A DNA stretch of 64,000 nucleotides, taken from NCBI GenBank assembly GCA_004769085.1, contig DUDS01000010.1:688-64687 (forward strand), written 5' to 3'. The DNA is from Candidatus Melainabacteria bacterium SSGW_16. Lineage in GTDB: Bacteria > Cyanobacteriota > Vampirovibrionia > 2-02-FULL-35-15. Numbering within the stretch: position 1 is the first letter of the stretch; every line of letters starts with the position of its first letter. Shown one piece after another: positions 51,990 to 62,376 of this stretch. Under the pieces are notes generated by a model. It saw only the letters and a program-made list of their open reading frames with translations. It did not search any database and was not told the DNA's origin. The position numbers and the translations under genes were made by a program.

Positions 51990-53683
51990 AGACACAATGG
52001 AAAAAGATAAAATTATTTATAGCAGGAATTTCTATAATTATTTCAATAGAATGTTTTACTCCTTTGACATCATATGGGTTTTCAAGAATTGTAGACTTAT
52101 TACTTAATAATGAGTCTGTAAAACCTGAAGATTTTATTACAACATTAAAAAAAGTTAAAAAGAATCCAAAGAAAAATAAATTAAGAGTTGTAGAGGCAAG
52201 ACATACTAATACAAAAAACCTTCAGTTTGAAATTGATACATCAGGTGTCATTGTTAAAAACGAAAATGACATTCAAGCCCCTATAAGCAATCAAGGATTT
52301 CTAGACTCCATCCAAGAAGCTATAGATCTCTGGGATGATGTTGATATTGCAAATGTTTCATTTGCTCCACTTAAATTTGCTTCTGGCAGTGCTGATGCAA
52401 ATGACGGCAAGAATATTATTTCATTTCGTGCAGCTGAACCTCCAGAAGGTGTTCCTGACGGTGCAAATTATATAAGCATTATTAACTATGCTAGGACTGA
52501 AAATGTCCTGTTTATGGGTAAGAATATTATGGTTAAACCAGGAGCCATACTTGATGCAGACATAATATTTGATCCAACAAATAATCCCTGCTTAGCCCTT
52601 CAGACCACTATAGGAGATTTTAAATTGGGTGGTGATGATGTAGCCATAAACGAAGGGGGAGTTGATCCAAGTGCAGACTTAAGTATTTGTAGCTCAGTGT
52701 CTGGTGGTGATATTACAGAGCTTGCAATTCAGGGAATTGGAAGTGCTTTAGGATTAGATCCCTCAGCAATTGCAAGTGCAGCTACCAGTTCTGTTTCAGA
52801 AATTAGAGAACGTTATTCTCTTACAAGCGATGACAAAATAGGACTAGCAAATATCTATCCAAATAAAAAAAATCTTAAAAACCGTGGTTCTATAAGAGGA
52901 AAAGTAGTATTAAATAAAAAACCTGTTGTTGGAGCTCATGTTGTATTAGAAGACAATAATTCAGGTGAACCCTTAGTTGGTACTTTAAGCAATATTAAAG
53001 GTCAATTTTCAATAAACCATATTCCTGAAGGAACGTACACAGTTTATGTTGAACCACTTGATGGTCCTGCAAGAAAAAATGTATTTCCCAGAGTTTTCTA
53101 TGGCACAGTAGGTCAGTTAAATTTCACAACAGGTGTATTTAATAAAGATGTTACTATAAGAAAAAGTAAAACAACTCATCTGTCAATAAACGTAAAAGAA
53201 TTATCCGCTTCAGCTTTTAACATTAATTATCAGACAGTTGCACTAACAGAAGCTGCTGTAAACGAATTTGGTGGTGCATTCCTATTGCCCATAAGAATAA
53301 TGCCAGGTGAAACTATTACAGATGTCCAGTTCTGGGGCGATAATATAAGCACAGGATTTGGAACATTAACAGTTAGTGGACCTGGAATAACTATAAGTAA
53401 CGAAACAGATGCAAGTATTCCTATATCACCTTTTGTACAATGTGAAGAATGCGAAGATTCGGCAGATAATCCCTGTAAAAGAGATCCTAGATGCCCACCA
53501 ACAGATGAAATAACAGTTGAACCAGATCAGATTCAAGGCATTATAGTTGATATAACCTGTGATCCAGATGTTGAACCAGGTCCAAGAAATATAATTTTCA
53601 CTGGTAATCAAATAGATCCAACACATCCTAGCTTTGGATTAAGGGATCAAATTTCAGGCGGATTAATAGTTACAGAAGATTAA
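51986..53683 (+). CDS. hypothetical secreted protein with a carboxypeptidase-regulatory-like beta-sandwich domain and a C-terminal Cys-rich segment
   Basis: Signal/TM N-terminus; RGKVVLNKKPVVGAHVVLED...GTYTVYVEP resembles a CarboxypepD_reg fold; CEECEDSADNPCKRDPRCPP. Confidence 0.5.
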   Translation: MKTQWKKIKLFIAGISIIISIECFTPLTSYGFSRIVDLLLNNESVKPEDFITTLKKVKKNPKKNKLRVVEARHTNTKNLQFEIDTSGVIVKNENDIQAPISNQGFLDSIQEAIDLWDDVDIANVSFAPLKFASGSADANDGKNIISFRAAEPPEGVPDGANYISIINYARTENVLFMGKNIMVKPGAILDADIIFDPTNNPCLALQTTIGDFKLGGDDVAINEGGVDPSADLSICSSVSGGDITELAIQGIGSALGLDPSAIASAATSSVSEIRERYSLTSDDKIGLANIYPNKKNLKNRGSIRGKVVLNKKPVVGAHVVLEDNNSGEPLVGTLSNIKGQFSINHIPEGTYTVYVEPLDGPARKNVFPRVFYGTVGQLNFTTGVFNKDVTIRKSKTTHLSINVKELSASAFNINYQTVALTEAAVNEFGGAFLLPIRIMPGETITDVQFWGDNISTGFGTLTVSGPGITISNETDASIPISPFVQCEECEDSADNPCKRDPRCPPTDEITVEPDQIQGIIVDITCDPDVEPGPRNIIFTGNQIDPTHPSFGLRDQISGGLIVTED

Positions 53684-54492
53684 ATATCGTCATCTGGCAG
53701 CTCATTTTCACCTGTTTTTGTGGCTTCTTGAATAATAGCATCTGCAAGATTTTGATCATAGGCAGTTCCAATATCAGTCAAATCAATATCATGAACTGGT
53801 GTTCGAATAAACTTACATTCAATAATTGCTGGAGAATTTTCAAAAACACTGTCTCTAATAGAATTAGAAATCACTTTTTTAGGTGGTACAGGTATATGTA
53901 TTTTAACTTTTCCATCAATTACAATAAATTTTTTACCATTATTTCTTATAGTTCCTACTCGTTTTACAAATGTTTTTACTACAACATCAATTTCTTGCCC
54001 TGAATCATCTAACCCATCAAATTCATATAGATCTGTTTTTAAATCTTCTTTAACTTTAATATAATATTTTGCTCTTGCATTTTTTACAAATACAAGCTCT
54101 CTGGGCGGTAGTAAAAGCTTAGCAATATCCTCTTTTGTTACACCATTAACCTGAACATATAAATCAACAGATATCTCTTTATTTGTATTATTTATATTTG
54201 AAACTTTTGCACGTTCAAAGATAGCAATTTTTTGATTCTTCTGATCAATGAAATATGAGTTACCACCAGATTTAAACACCGGGGTTTTTAAAAAAATATC
54301 TTGCAATACGCCACCCGTTCTACATGGTCCAATAGTTGCATCTGGTAAATCTGGAACTATAGAGTTTAAAAATGTTTCTGTATTTGTCTCACCTAAAACT
54401 TTACTAAATAAAATATTTGAAATATTACAGATAAGTATAATTAGAACAAAAAAACAAATATTATTTTTCATAAGATTCATAGGAAGAAACAC
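53680..54492 (-). CDS. hypothetical secreted/membrane-anchored protein (possibly SAF/CpaB-like)
   Basis: N-terminal TM, beta-rich body; family assignment tentative. Confidence 0.4.
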   Translation of the reverse strand: MFLPMNLMKNNICFFVLIILICNISNILFSKVLGETNTETFLNSIVPDLPDATIGPCRTGGVLQDIFLKTPVFKSGGNSYFIDQKNQKIAIFERAKVSNINNTNKEISVDLYVQVNGVTKEDIAKLLLPPRELVFVKNARAKYYIKVKEDLKTDLYEFDGLDDSGQEIDVVVKTFVKRVGTIRNNGKKFIVIDGKVKIHIPVPPKKVISNSIRDSVFENSPAIIECKFIRTPVHDIDLTDIGTAYDQNLADAIIQEATKTGENELPDDDI

Positions 54493-54731
54493 CTATAATT
54501 ACCTTAGACCCTAATTAACTTATACTCTTAAATTTATTAAACTAAGCAAAAAACAACAATTTATTATTAAAAAATATGGATAGCTCTATATTAGGATTAT
54601 AAAAGCGACTAATTTTTGTAAACATAATACCTATGTGAATTTAGCTTATAAAATGCCTCATATCTAAAATATAATCTCCTTAGATAGGGTAGGTCTTATT
54701 AGAAGAGTATTTATTACCAGGAATTTACAGC

Positions 54732-57700
54732 TTGAATAATAATCTAAATATAACCATTAAGAATAAAAAAACTATTCACATGGCCCTGTTTTTCTTAATA
54801 ATAGTCGGGTTAAATTTTTTATATTTATTACCTTTAAAAGCTGAAAGAGTAGATTCTCTTCCTGGCTGTGGAGATAGAAATTGTGCAACTAATCCAACGG
54901 ATGCAGTAATAGCAAATGACAGCACATTTATCTTAATAGTAGATTCTTCGCCATTTCCATTTATAAGAAGGTTTGATTTTAATGGAACGGTTTTTAACAA
55001 TAGCACATTAATAAATCTCAAAGAAAACAATCCAAATAAAATTCCTCTAAAGATTGGATTAAACAAAAACAACAATAAGTCATTTGTTTATAAAACTCCT
55101 TCAGGAACAGATAAAGGTTCTGTACAAATTATTAATCTCACTAATAATTCAGTAAAATTACTAATTTCTCCAACATCAGGCGGAAAACAATTAGACAGTA
55201 TTGGTTTTATTGATCCTGATGGAAAAAAATTAATAGCCTGCGTTAGTGATTCAAAGAATTCAGAACTATTAATTATCGATATAGATACTGACACTGTAGA
55301 AAGCAATGTTTCACTTCCTGATAAAGCAAGTTCAATTGCTGTATCAACAAACTTCACAAAAGCAGTTATAGCTTTTAAATCTACATTTTCACAATCAATA
55401 GGACTTTATGATATACAAAGCGGAAAAATAATCAGACTTGACACACCAATTAATATCTTCTTTAAAATAGATGATTTTATCGCTAGAGACGATTTCGATC
55501 TTAATGGCAACATTTCTGTCCTTTCTACAGTAAGTGGAGCGCATGCATTATCATATTTAAATCTAAAAGAGAATAATCTTACTGTTAAAATATTGGATAA
55601 AAATACACAGGGTCAATCCATTGCAACAATTTCTAGAGATGGAACATTAGCAATAGTTGCAGGTGCTGTGCTTAACTCCCCAACAGGATTTAGGATATAT
55701 AAAATTGATTTGACCAATAGCAATTTTCCTATTATTACAGAAGCATCATTTTCTGATGGAACTTCAGTAATCGATGTTGATATTACGCCCGATCAAAATA
55801 AAGTAATTCTTCTTTTAAAGAAAGATACTGGCAAAATCCTTAGGATTTTAAACATAAATGATTTTTCAAAAATTAGTGATGTATTTGTCGCCAATGATAA
55901 TTCAAAAAATGTACTTGCAGTAGATCCAAGAGGGAATTTTGCCATAGCCATTAACCAAAATGGTAGTATACCTGCCAGCATAATTACAGATTTTGCTGCA
56001 GGTCCAATAATCAGAAGTATTACACCAAATTTTGGAAGTATTAATGGTGGAACTCTATTCACAATTGATGGACTTTTAGATCTAAATAGATTTACATCTA
56101 AAGATGTAAAAATATGTTTTAAAGATCTTAATACATGCGCATCATCTGTTGAAGTATCAGCAGATGGCAGGACCATTAAAGGAATTACACCAAAAATGGA
56201 GAAAGAAGGAATTGAAAATATAATTCTTGTTGCAGAATCAAAAGTCAATGAATGCTCCAGCACAGAAAAATGTGTAAGTTGCTCAGAAATAACATGTACA
56301 CAGGGACAAACCAAAACAACAGGAACCTGCTGTGAATGTCCAAAATGCATATATAATACAAGCACCTATAAAGATATTTTTGATTTTAGGAATGATATAG
56401 CAATATCTGATACAATTCCACCAAAAATTAAAATTACAAAACCCACAATTCCTATAGCTACAAACAAAAAAGAAATAAAACTTGAAGGTGAAATTGATGG
56501 GACAGGATCCCCAGTAGAAACCCTTACAATTAATAATGAATCAACAAAAACAACACAAACTGAAAAAGCAAACATAGTTACATTCAGTGCAAATTTAAAA
56601 TTTGAAAAGGATAACAGTTATTTAATAAAACTGTCTACGAAAGATAAAGCAGGAAATCTGACAGAAGAAAACATTGAAGTTATTGTTGATACAGTAGAAC
56701 CAAAATTATTAAATATAAAAGCAGATAGGACAGTAAACGGTGATTTTAATTTATCTGGAACAGCTGATGGTACTGGATCTAATATAGTTAAAATTTTAAT
56801 AAATAATGTAAACCTAAATATTAATCCAGGAAAGCTGGTTGACTTTTCAACAACAACAAATAACTCTCCAGCAATTCTTAAAATAACAGATGCAGCAGGA
56901 AATGTTTTCAGTACAAGTGTAAATATATTAAATGGCACAAATGAACCAATAATTACATTTTTGTCACCAAAAGATTCAAACATATTGAAATCAAGAAGAG
57001 TAATCGTAAAAGGAACAGTTGATGGAAACAATTCAGAAGTTAAAAGTTTAACTATAAATAATTCAAATACTTCGTTTACCAGACAAAGTAAAAATAAAGT
57101 AATTTTTAGCAGACTAATAGAATTTAATCAGGATGGTTTATTAGACATAACTGCAATAGCTACAAATAAAGATAATTTGACAGCAACAAGAACAATAATG
57201 GTAAGAATTGATTCTGTCATCCCTTCCGCTACTGCTTCTGCTGAGTTTACTCAAGATGGTAAAATTAAAGTCTCTGGCTCCGCTGATGGCACTGGTTCTA
57301 ACATCTCTTCAATCTCTGTAAATAATGTCCAGGCTCAATTCTCTCAAACCCCTACTTCTGATTTCTCTGTCTCCATTACCCCTTCCTCATCCATCCTACT
57401 TACCATTATCGATGCCGCTGGTAATAGATTTAGTCAACAGGTCCCTTTCTCTGAAAAGATCCCTCCTGCTATTACCATTACTACTCCTTCTGATTTACAA
57501 GCTTTTAAATCTAAATCAATTAGAGTCTCTGGTATCGTCGATGGCACTGGCTCTCCTGTTACTTCTGTCCTCATTAATAACATTAGAGCTGGCTTCTCTT
57601 CCTCCAAACAACCACTCAACTCTGTTTCATTTAATGGATCTGTTTCTTTCACTAAAGATGGCTCTTTTGATGTTACAGTATCTGCTACAGACAAAGCTGG

Positions 57701-60700
57701 TAACTCCTCTAATAAACCTATTAAAGTTATTATTGATTCTGTCATCCCTTCCGCTACTGCTTCTGCTGAGTTTACTCAAGACGGTAAAATTAAAGTCTCT
57801 GGTTCCGCTGATGGCACTGGTTCTAATATCTCTTCAATCTCTGTAAATAATGTCCAGGCTCAATTCTCTCAAACCCCTACTTCTGATTTCTCTGTCTCCA
57901 TTACCCCTTCCTCATCCATCCTACTTACCATTATCGATGCCGCTGGTAATATTAACAAGAAAAATCTACAAATAATTCTGCCTCCTGACATAATTCCACC
58001 TATAATTACTTTAAATAATCCAACAGATCTAGAAATATTAAATTCAAGAGACATAAAAGTTGGTGGTTTGGTTAATGGCACAGGATCAAAGATTGTTTTA
58101 TTAACAATTAATGGAAACAAAGCAGCTACAACACAAACAAACGATCCTAATATTGTCAATTTTACAGAAATAATATCATTTAAAAATGATGGCTTGCAAA
58201 CAATAACTATTGCTGCAAAAGACAAAGATAACAATTCAAGTAAAAAATCAATTTCCATCACCATCGATACTGTCCTCCCTGATATCACTTCCTTCAATAT
58301 CGATACCAACGATAAAGATGAGTTCGTCCTTGACACTACTTTGTCTGGTACTGGTACTGATTTGGTTTCTCTCTCTATTAAAGATGATAAAAATAATCCT
58401 ATTACTTTTACTCCTGCATTTACTCCGAGTTCTTCCTTCTCTTTAACTGCTATCTCTCCCACCTCTGATACCTTCATCATTGAAGCTACTGATAAAGCTG
58501 GTAATAAACTAACTAAAACCTTAAAAACCTCAGGTGCTGCTCCTACTATCGATGTCTCTAAACCTTTCGATAATGCTTTCTTTAATGTCAGCGACATCCT
58601 CACTGAAGGTTCTGTTACCTTCTCCGCTCCTAAAAAAGTTTTTAAAATTAATGATACTGATGTTAATTTGTCTTCAACTCCCGACCCCTCCGTGTTTACT
58701 TTCAAAAAGACGCTGACTTTTATGGATGGTACACACACAATTACATTCTTGGCTAAAGATAAACTCCTTCGCTCCTCTAGCACTTCTCGCACTATCACCA
58801 TCGATACTTTATTACCAATAGTAAACGCTACAGTAGTTCGTTCAAATAACAACTTCACCATTAATGGAAGTGCTGAAGGCACAGGGAGTAATATTATTAT
58901 TATAGAAATAAACGGAAACTCATTAGCAATCACTGAAGCTGAAAAAGTTGATTTTAATTTAACAGTTGAGAGCCCACAAGTATCAATAAAAGTTAAAGAC
59001 AAAGCGGGTAATGAAACAACAAAATCATTTGAACCAGTTGATCAAACACCACCTAAAATAACAATAAATGCACCAAAAAAAGCATTTTTTTATGGGACAA
59101 GAAAAATAAGAGTAATTGCAAAGATTGAAGATGACACAAGTATTAAAAAGGTATTTGTTAACGAGAAAGAAATTGATTTAACAAATACTAGCGGGAATAA
59201 TTCCGGTAAAAGAATGTCCTATCAAATAACAAACAATCCTAATAATGAACTTAAAATATTCAACCTCTCTGTTGATGAGGTAATAAATACTGAAGGGAAC
59301 ACAAAGATAAAAATCACAGCTATTGATACTTCAAACAATCAATCAGAAGAAACGATTGATTTCATCGTTGATTCAATAAATCCTGAATTTAACGTAAATG
59401 TCAAACCTGAATCTGGTGGGACCTATACTGTTTCAGGAAGTGCAAATGGAACAGGTTCAAAAATTATATCCATAGAAATAAACGGACAATCAATTGATAT
59501 AACACCTGATGCCGTAATAAATTTCTCAGGAACAGCCGATAAAACACCCTTAACAGTTAGAGTATTTGACAGCGCAGGGAATCAAACAGAGCAAACAATA
59601 AATGCACAATTACCAGATACAACACCTCCAAATATAAAAATAATTTCACCTAATAATGGAGATGTATTCACTGATACAACAAACATTAATATCAACTTTA
59701 CAGCGGAAGATAATATTCAACTAAAAGAAGTAACACTTAACAGCAACAATATTCAACCTGTAAGCGAATTTAATTATTCTGCAAATGTAACCTTACTTCC
59801 CGGAGATAATTTATTTACTGTTATAGCAACTGATACAAGCAATAACACAGCAACAAGTACCATTTCAATATCATACTCACCACCACCGCCACGTAAAAGC
59901 ATAGGAGGAGGCGGAGGAGGCGGCGGCGGTGGTGGACTGGTGTTAACTCTTCCTCCACCGATTATTAGTCCTAATACTTCAATCTTTGAAGGAGTTTTAG
60001 AACCAGTATCCAACAATGAACTTCCTGAAACAGTTGAAGTCGCAAATCCACCAGCAACTCGCGATGGCAAGAAAGCAGATATTAGTATAGTTCCCACTGT
60101 CCAAGGACTTGAACTAAAAAGAACAGATGACAATTTGCTTTTAATTCCGCAAGGCTGCTCATTTGCAACAATAATAAAACCATTAGCAGAAATTATAAAA
60201 ATAACTGATGAAGAATTAAATAATAAATATGCAACTATACTTATAGATAGTACAGGTAGAACCTTTTTAGCAGGATTTGCATTCTTTATAAAATCAAAAC
60301 AAGATATACAATCTAATGAGCCTATATTTATCTCATCAGATGATACACCTTTAAAACTAATTACAACATTACAAATTCCACCTGAAGCAAATGAAGGAAA
60401 TACAAGAGTATCAATTATAGGCAGTAAAGGTACACTTGCGACAATTAACATAATTATAGAAACAGATATTGAAGTTAAAACCAGAAGAAGATCTAATGAG
60501 CTTGATAAGCCAAAAATAGTTGGCACGATTAAAGCAACTATAAAAAAACTAAATAATAAATTTACAGTCTTAATTCTTAAGATACATGCTGATAATTTAC
60601 TTAATAAAATAGCCATTATAGATGGAAAAATTGTAAAAATACGAGGTGAAAGGAATTCACTTACAAGATTAAGCTTTATACCTGAAGAAGGAATAAAAAT

Positions 60701-61022
60701 AAAAAGTTCTGTATTAAAAAACAAAAAATCACTTAGAACAGTTATAAAACTTGAAGATGATATAGAACTTGGAATTAAACTATTTAACATTACAACACCC
60801 AAATGTGCTGACATAGGTGCAATAATAATTCCTAAAGAACTAAATAAAGGCTCTTTAGAAGCAAGTGATAATCCTGAAAGTTTAATACTTGAAGATTTTA
60901 TTAAAGCTCAAAATGCATTATCTGAGAAAAAAAACAAACAAGTAGAAGACAAAGAAGAATCTATTGAATCTGAGATAGATGATGAGGGAGAATATTTAGA
61001 AGAGTTTAAGAATATAGATTAA
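54732..61022 (+). CDS. giant (2096 aa) secreted surface repeat protein: N-terminal propeller-like region, IPT/TIG-like domain, Cys-rich module, ~14 alternating Ig-like repeats, Gly11 linker, unique C-terminal domain
   Basis: Signal peptide; tandem ~100-aa units beginning D(T/S)V.P... and ..PP.ITI..P...; GGGGGGGGGGG linker; acidic C-terminus. Confidence 0.85.
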   Translation: MNNNLNITIKNKKTIHMALFFLIIVGLNFLYLLPLKAERVDSLPGCGDRNCATNPTDAVIANDSTFILIVDSSPFPFIRRFDFNGTVFNNSTLINLKENNPNKIPLKIGLNKNNNKSFVYKTPSGTDKGSVQIINLTNNSVKLLISPTSGGKQLDSIGFIDPDGKKLIACVSDSKNSELLIIDIDTDTVESNVSLPDKASSIAVSTNFTKAVIAFKSTFSQSIGLYDIQSGKIIRLDTPINIFFKIDDFIARDDFDLNGNISVLSTVSGAHALSYLNLKENNLTVKILDKNTQGQSIATISRDGTLAIVAGAVLNSPTGFRIYKIDLTNSNFPIITEASFSDGTSVIDVDITPDQNKVILLLKKDTGKILRILNINDFSKISDVFVANDNSKNVLAVDPRGNFAIAINQNGSIPASIITDFAAGPIIRSITPNFGSINGGTLFTIDGLLDLNRFTSKDVKICFKDLNTCASSVEVSADGRTIKGITPKMEKEGIENIILVAESKVNECSSTEKCVSCSEITCTQGQTKTTGTCCECPKCIYNTSTYKDIFDFRNDIAISDTIPPKIKITKPTIPIATNKKEIKLEGEIDGTGSPVETLTINNESTKTTQTEKANIVTFSANLKFEKDNSYLIKLSTKDKAGNLTEENIEVIVDTVEPKLLNIKADRTVNGDFNLSGTADGTGSNIVKILINNVNLNINPGKLVDFSTTTNNSPAILKITDAAGNVFSTSVNILNGTNEPIITFLSPKDSNILKSRRVIVKGTVDGNNSEVKSLTINNSNTSFTRQSKNKVIFSRLIEFNQDGLLDITAIATNKDNLTATRTIMVRIDSVIPSATASAEFTQDGKIKVSGSADGTGSNISSISVNNVQAQFSQTPTSDFSVSITPSSSILLTIIDAAGNRFSQQVPFSEKIPPAITITTPSDLQAFKSKSIRVSGIVDGTGSPVTSVLINNIRAGFSSSKQPLNSVSFNGSVSFTKDGSFDVTVSATDKAGNSSNKPIKVIIDSVIPSATASAEFTQDGKIKVSGSADGTGSNISSISVNNVQAQFSQTPTSDFSVSITPSSSILLTIIDAAGNINKKNLQIILPPDIIPPIITLNNPTDLEILNSRDIKVGGLVNGTGSKIVLLTINGNKAATTQTNDPNIVNFTEIISFKNDGLQTITIAAKDKDNNSSKKSISITIDTVLPDITSFNIDTNDKDEFVLDTTLSGTGTDLVSLSIKDDKNNPITFTPAFTPSSSFSLTAISPTSDTFIIEATDKAGNKLTKTLKTSGAAPTIDVSKPFDNAFFNVSDILTEGSVTFSAPKKVFKINDTDVNLSSTPDPSVFTFKKTLTFMDGTHTITFLAKDKLLRSSSTSRTITIDTLLPIVNATVVRSNNNFTINGSAEGTGSNIIIIEINGNSLAITEAEKVDFNLTVESPQVSIKVKDKAGNETTKSFEPVDQTPPKITINAPKKAFFYGTRKIRVIAKIEDDTSIKKVFVNEKEIDLTNTSGNNSGKRMSYQITNNPNNELKIFNLSVDEVINTEGNTKIKITAIDTSNNQSEETIDFIVDSINPEFNVNVKPESGGTYTVSGSANGTGSKIISIEINGQSIDITPDAVINFSGTADKTPLTVRVFDSAGNQTEQTINAQLPDTTPPNIKIISPNNGDVFTDTTNININFTAEDNIQLKEVTLNSNNIQPVSEFNYSANVTLLPGDNLFTVIATDTSNNTATSTISISYSPPPPRKSIGGGGGGGGGGGLVLTLPPPIISPNTSIFEGVLEPVSNNELPETVEVANPPATRDGKKADISIVPTVQGLELKRTDDNLLLIPQGCSFATIIKPLAEIIKITDEELNNKYATILIDSTGRTFLAGFAFFIKSKQDIQSNEPIFISSDDTPLKLITTLQIPPEANEGNTRVSIIGSKGTLATINIIIETDIEVKTRRRSNELDKPKIVGTIKATIKKLNNKFTVLILKIHADNLLNKIAIIDGKIVKIRGERNSLTRLSFIPEEGIKIKSSVLKNKKSLRTVIKLEDDIELGIKLFNITTPKCADIGAIIIPKELNKGSLEASDNPESLILEDFIKAQNALSEKKNKQVEDKEESIESEIDDEGEYLEEFKNID
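57207..57424 (+). repeat. intragenic near-identical 218-bp direct repeat (second copy 57732-57950)
   Basis: ATTGATTCTGTCATCCCTTCCGCTACTGCTTCTGCTGAG... repeated 525 bp downstream with 3 substitutions. Confidence 0.9.
59904..59936 (+). repeat. (GGN)11 trinucleotide tract encoding poly-Gly
   Basis: GGAGGAGGCGGAGGAGGCGGCGGCGGTGGTGGA. Confidence 0.9.
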
Positions 61023-61339
61023 ACTGATTTACATTCTTCAATCAATTTTTTAAGTTCACCATTTGCAAACATTTCTCTTGTAATATCACAACCACCTATA
61101 AATTTTCCATCGATAAAAACCTGTGGAACAGTAGGCCAGTTAGAATATTTTTTTATGCCTTCCCTAAGTTCAGTATCTGAAAGCACATCTCTGGTTTCAA
61201 AAGGTACTCCTAACATGTTAAACACATCCACAACGGCAGCAGAAAATCCACATTGAGGCGCGTCTTTTGTACCTTTCATGTAAACAATTACTTTGTTTGA
61301 TTTAACTTCAGATTCAATTTCATCTAAAATGTTACCCAT
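61019..61339 (-). CDS. grxD: Grx4-family monothiol glutaredoxin
   Basis: VIVYMKGTKDAPQCGFS CGFS active site; ...FIDGKFIGGCDI. Confidence 0.9.
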   Translation of the reverse strand: MGNILDEIESEVKSNKVIVYMKGTKDAPQCGFSAAVVDVFNMLGVPFETRDVLSDTELREGIKKYSNWPTVPQVFIDGKFIGGCDITREMFANGELKKLIEECKSV

Positions 61340-61439
61340 TTCTATTCCTCCTTAGAATTTATATAACTAATTTTATTCAATATTTTAAAATGTTGCAGAT
61401 CATCAAAATAAAGGGCTTGTAGACAGTTTAAAGAATATG

Positions 61440-61721
61440 TTAAATATTATGTCCTATATCCCTTGAAAATGTTGGTTTAATTTTTTGCCATTGGGCAGGT
61501 GAATATGTCTTTAGTGTCAGTGCATGTATTTCATTGGTTTTCATCTCATTCTGTAAAACATCATATACAATCTTATGTTGTTCAACCAGTGTTTTGTTTT
61601 CAAAATCAGGCGAAACAACGATAGCCTGTATATGATCACCACCTCTTAGATCAATAACTTCAAGATGTATTGTTTTTATTTTCTCTTTTATTTTTCTTTC
61701 AATTTCTAGAATAGGAATCAT
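61440..61721 (-). CDS. BolA-family protein
   Basis: 93 aa; GGDHIQAIVVS-type BolA His motif; adjacent to Grx4. Confidence 0.7.
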   Translation of the reverse strand: MIPILEIERKIKEKIKTIHLEVIDLRGGDHIQAIVVSPDFENKTLVEQHKIVYDVLQNEMKTNEIHALTLKTYSPAQWQKIKPTFSRDIGHNI

Positions 61722-61725
61722 AGCT

Positions 61726-62376
61726 TTAATTTAACTCAGGCATTCTTCTGTTTACAAAATTCATAAGATTATCATACTGCATATATGGATTGGTGATTTT
61801 CTGATTTCCAACAGAATCATTTGTTTTTTCAGCATAATTATGCCCAGGAAAAATTATTGTGTCATCATCCATTTTCATTAGCTTGTTATAAATTGTGTCA
61901 AACATCTGTTCAACATTCCCGCCAGGCAAATCACACCTGCCACAACCATTAATAAACAAAGTATCCCCGGAAACCAGATTATTACTTACCAAAAAGCACT
62001 GTGAGCCTGGCGTATGCCCGGGAGTATGTACAAACTGAATTTCAATGTCACCGAGTTTTAGTTTGTCTCCGGACTTTGTTTTCTTTATATTTTCACCCCA
62101 CCCAAACTTAAAAAAATCCATCTCATGAGTATTAATATAAACAGGAACATCAATGGATTTCAGAAATTCTTCAACACCATTAGTATGATCAAAATGTCCA
62201 TGGGTAATTAAAGCACCTTTTATATTTAACTTATCTTTCTTTGCTTCTTCAAACAATAAATTTACATCCCATGCAGGATCAACGATTACAACATCCTTAG
62301 TATTTTTATCACCTATAAAGTAAATAAAATTCTCCATAGGACCAACTTCAATTTGTTTAAGCAAAAGATTACTCAT
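61726..62376 (-). CDS. MBL-fold metallo-hydrolase (glyoxalase II-like)
   Basis: ITHGHFDHTNG metal-binding motif. Confidence 0.85.
   Translation of the reverse strand: MSNLLLKQIEVGPMENFIYFIGDKNTKDVVIVDPAWDVNLLFEEAKKDKLNIKGALITHGHFDHTNGVEEFLKSIDVPVYINTHEMDFFKFGWGENIKKTKSGDKLKLGDIEIQFVHTPGHTPGSQCFLVSNNLVSGDTLFINGCGRCDLPGGNVEQMFDTIYNKLMKMDDDTIIFPGHNYAEKTNDSVGNQKITNPYMQYDNLMNFVNRRMPELN

Noticed and set aside
57869-59002. 377-aa minus-strand ORF, plus 57325-57846 (+, other frame), 56618-57031, 55793-56365 and 59774-60814 ORFs, all inside the giant gene
   Set aside because: These are antisense or alternate-frame ORFs created by the biased, low-complexity composition of the repeat gene (for example poly-Pro opposite the GGN tract). 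The plus-strand 2096-aa frame is continuous with a coherent domain structure.
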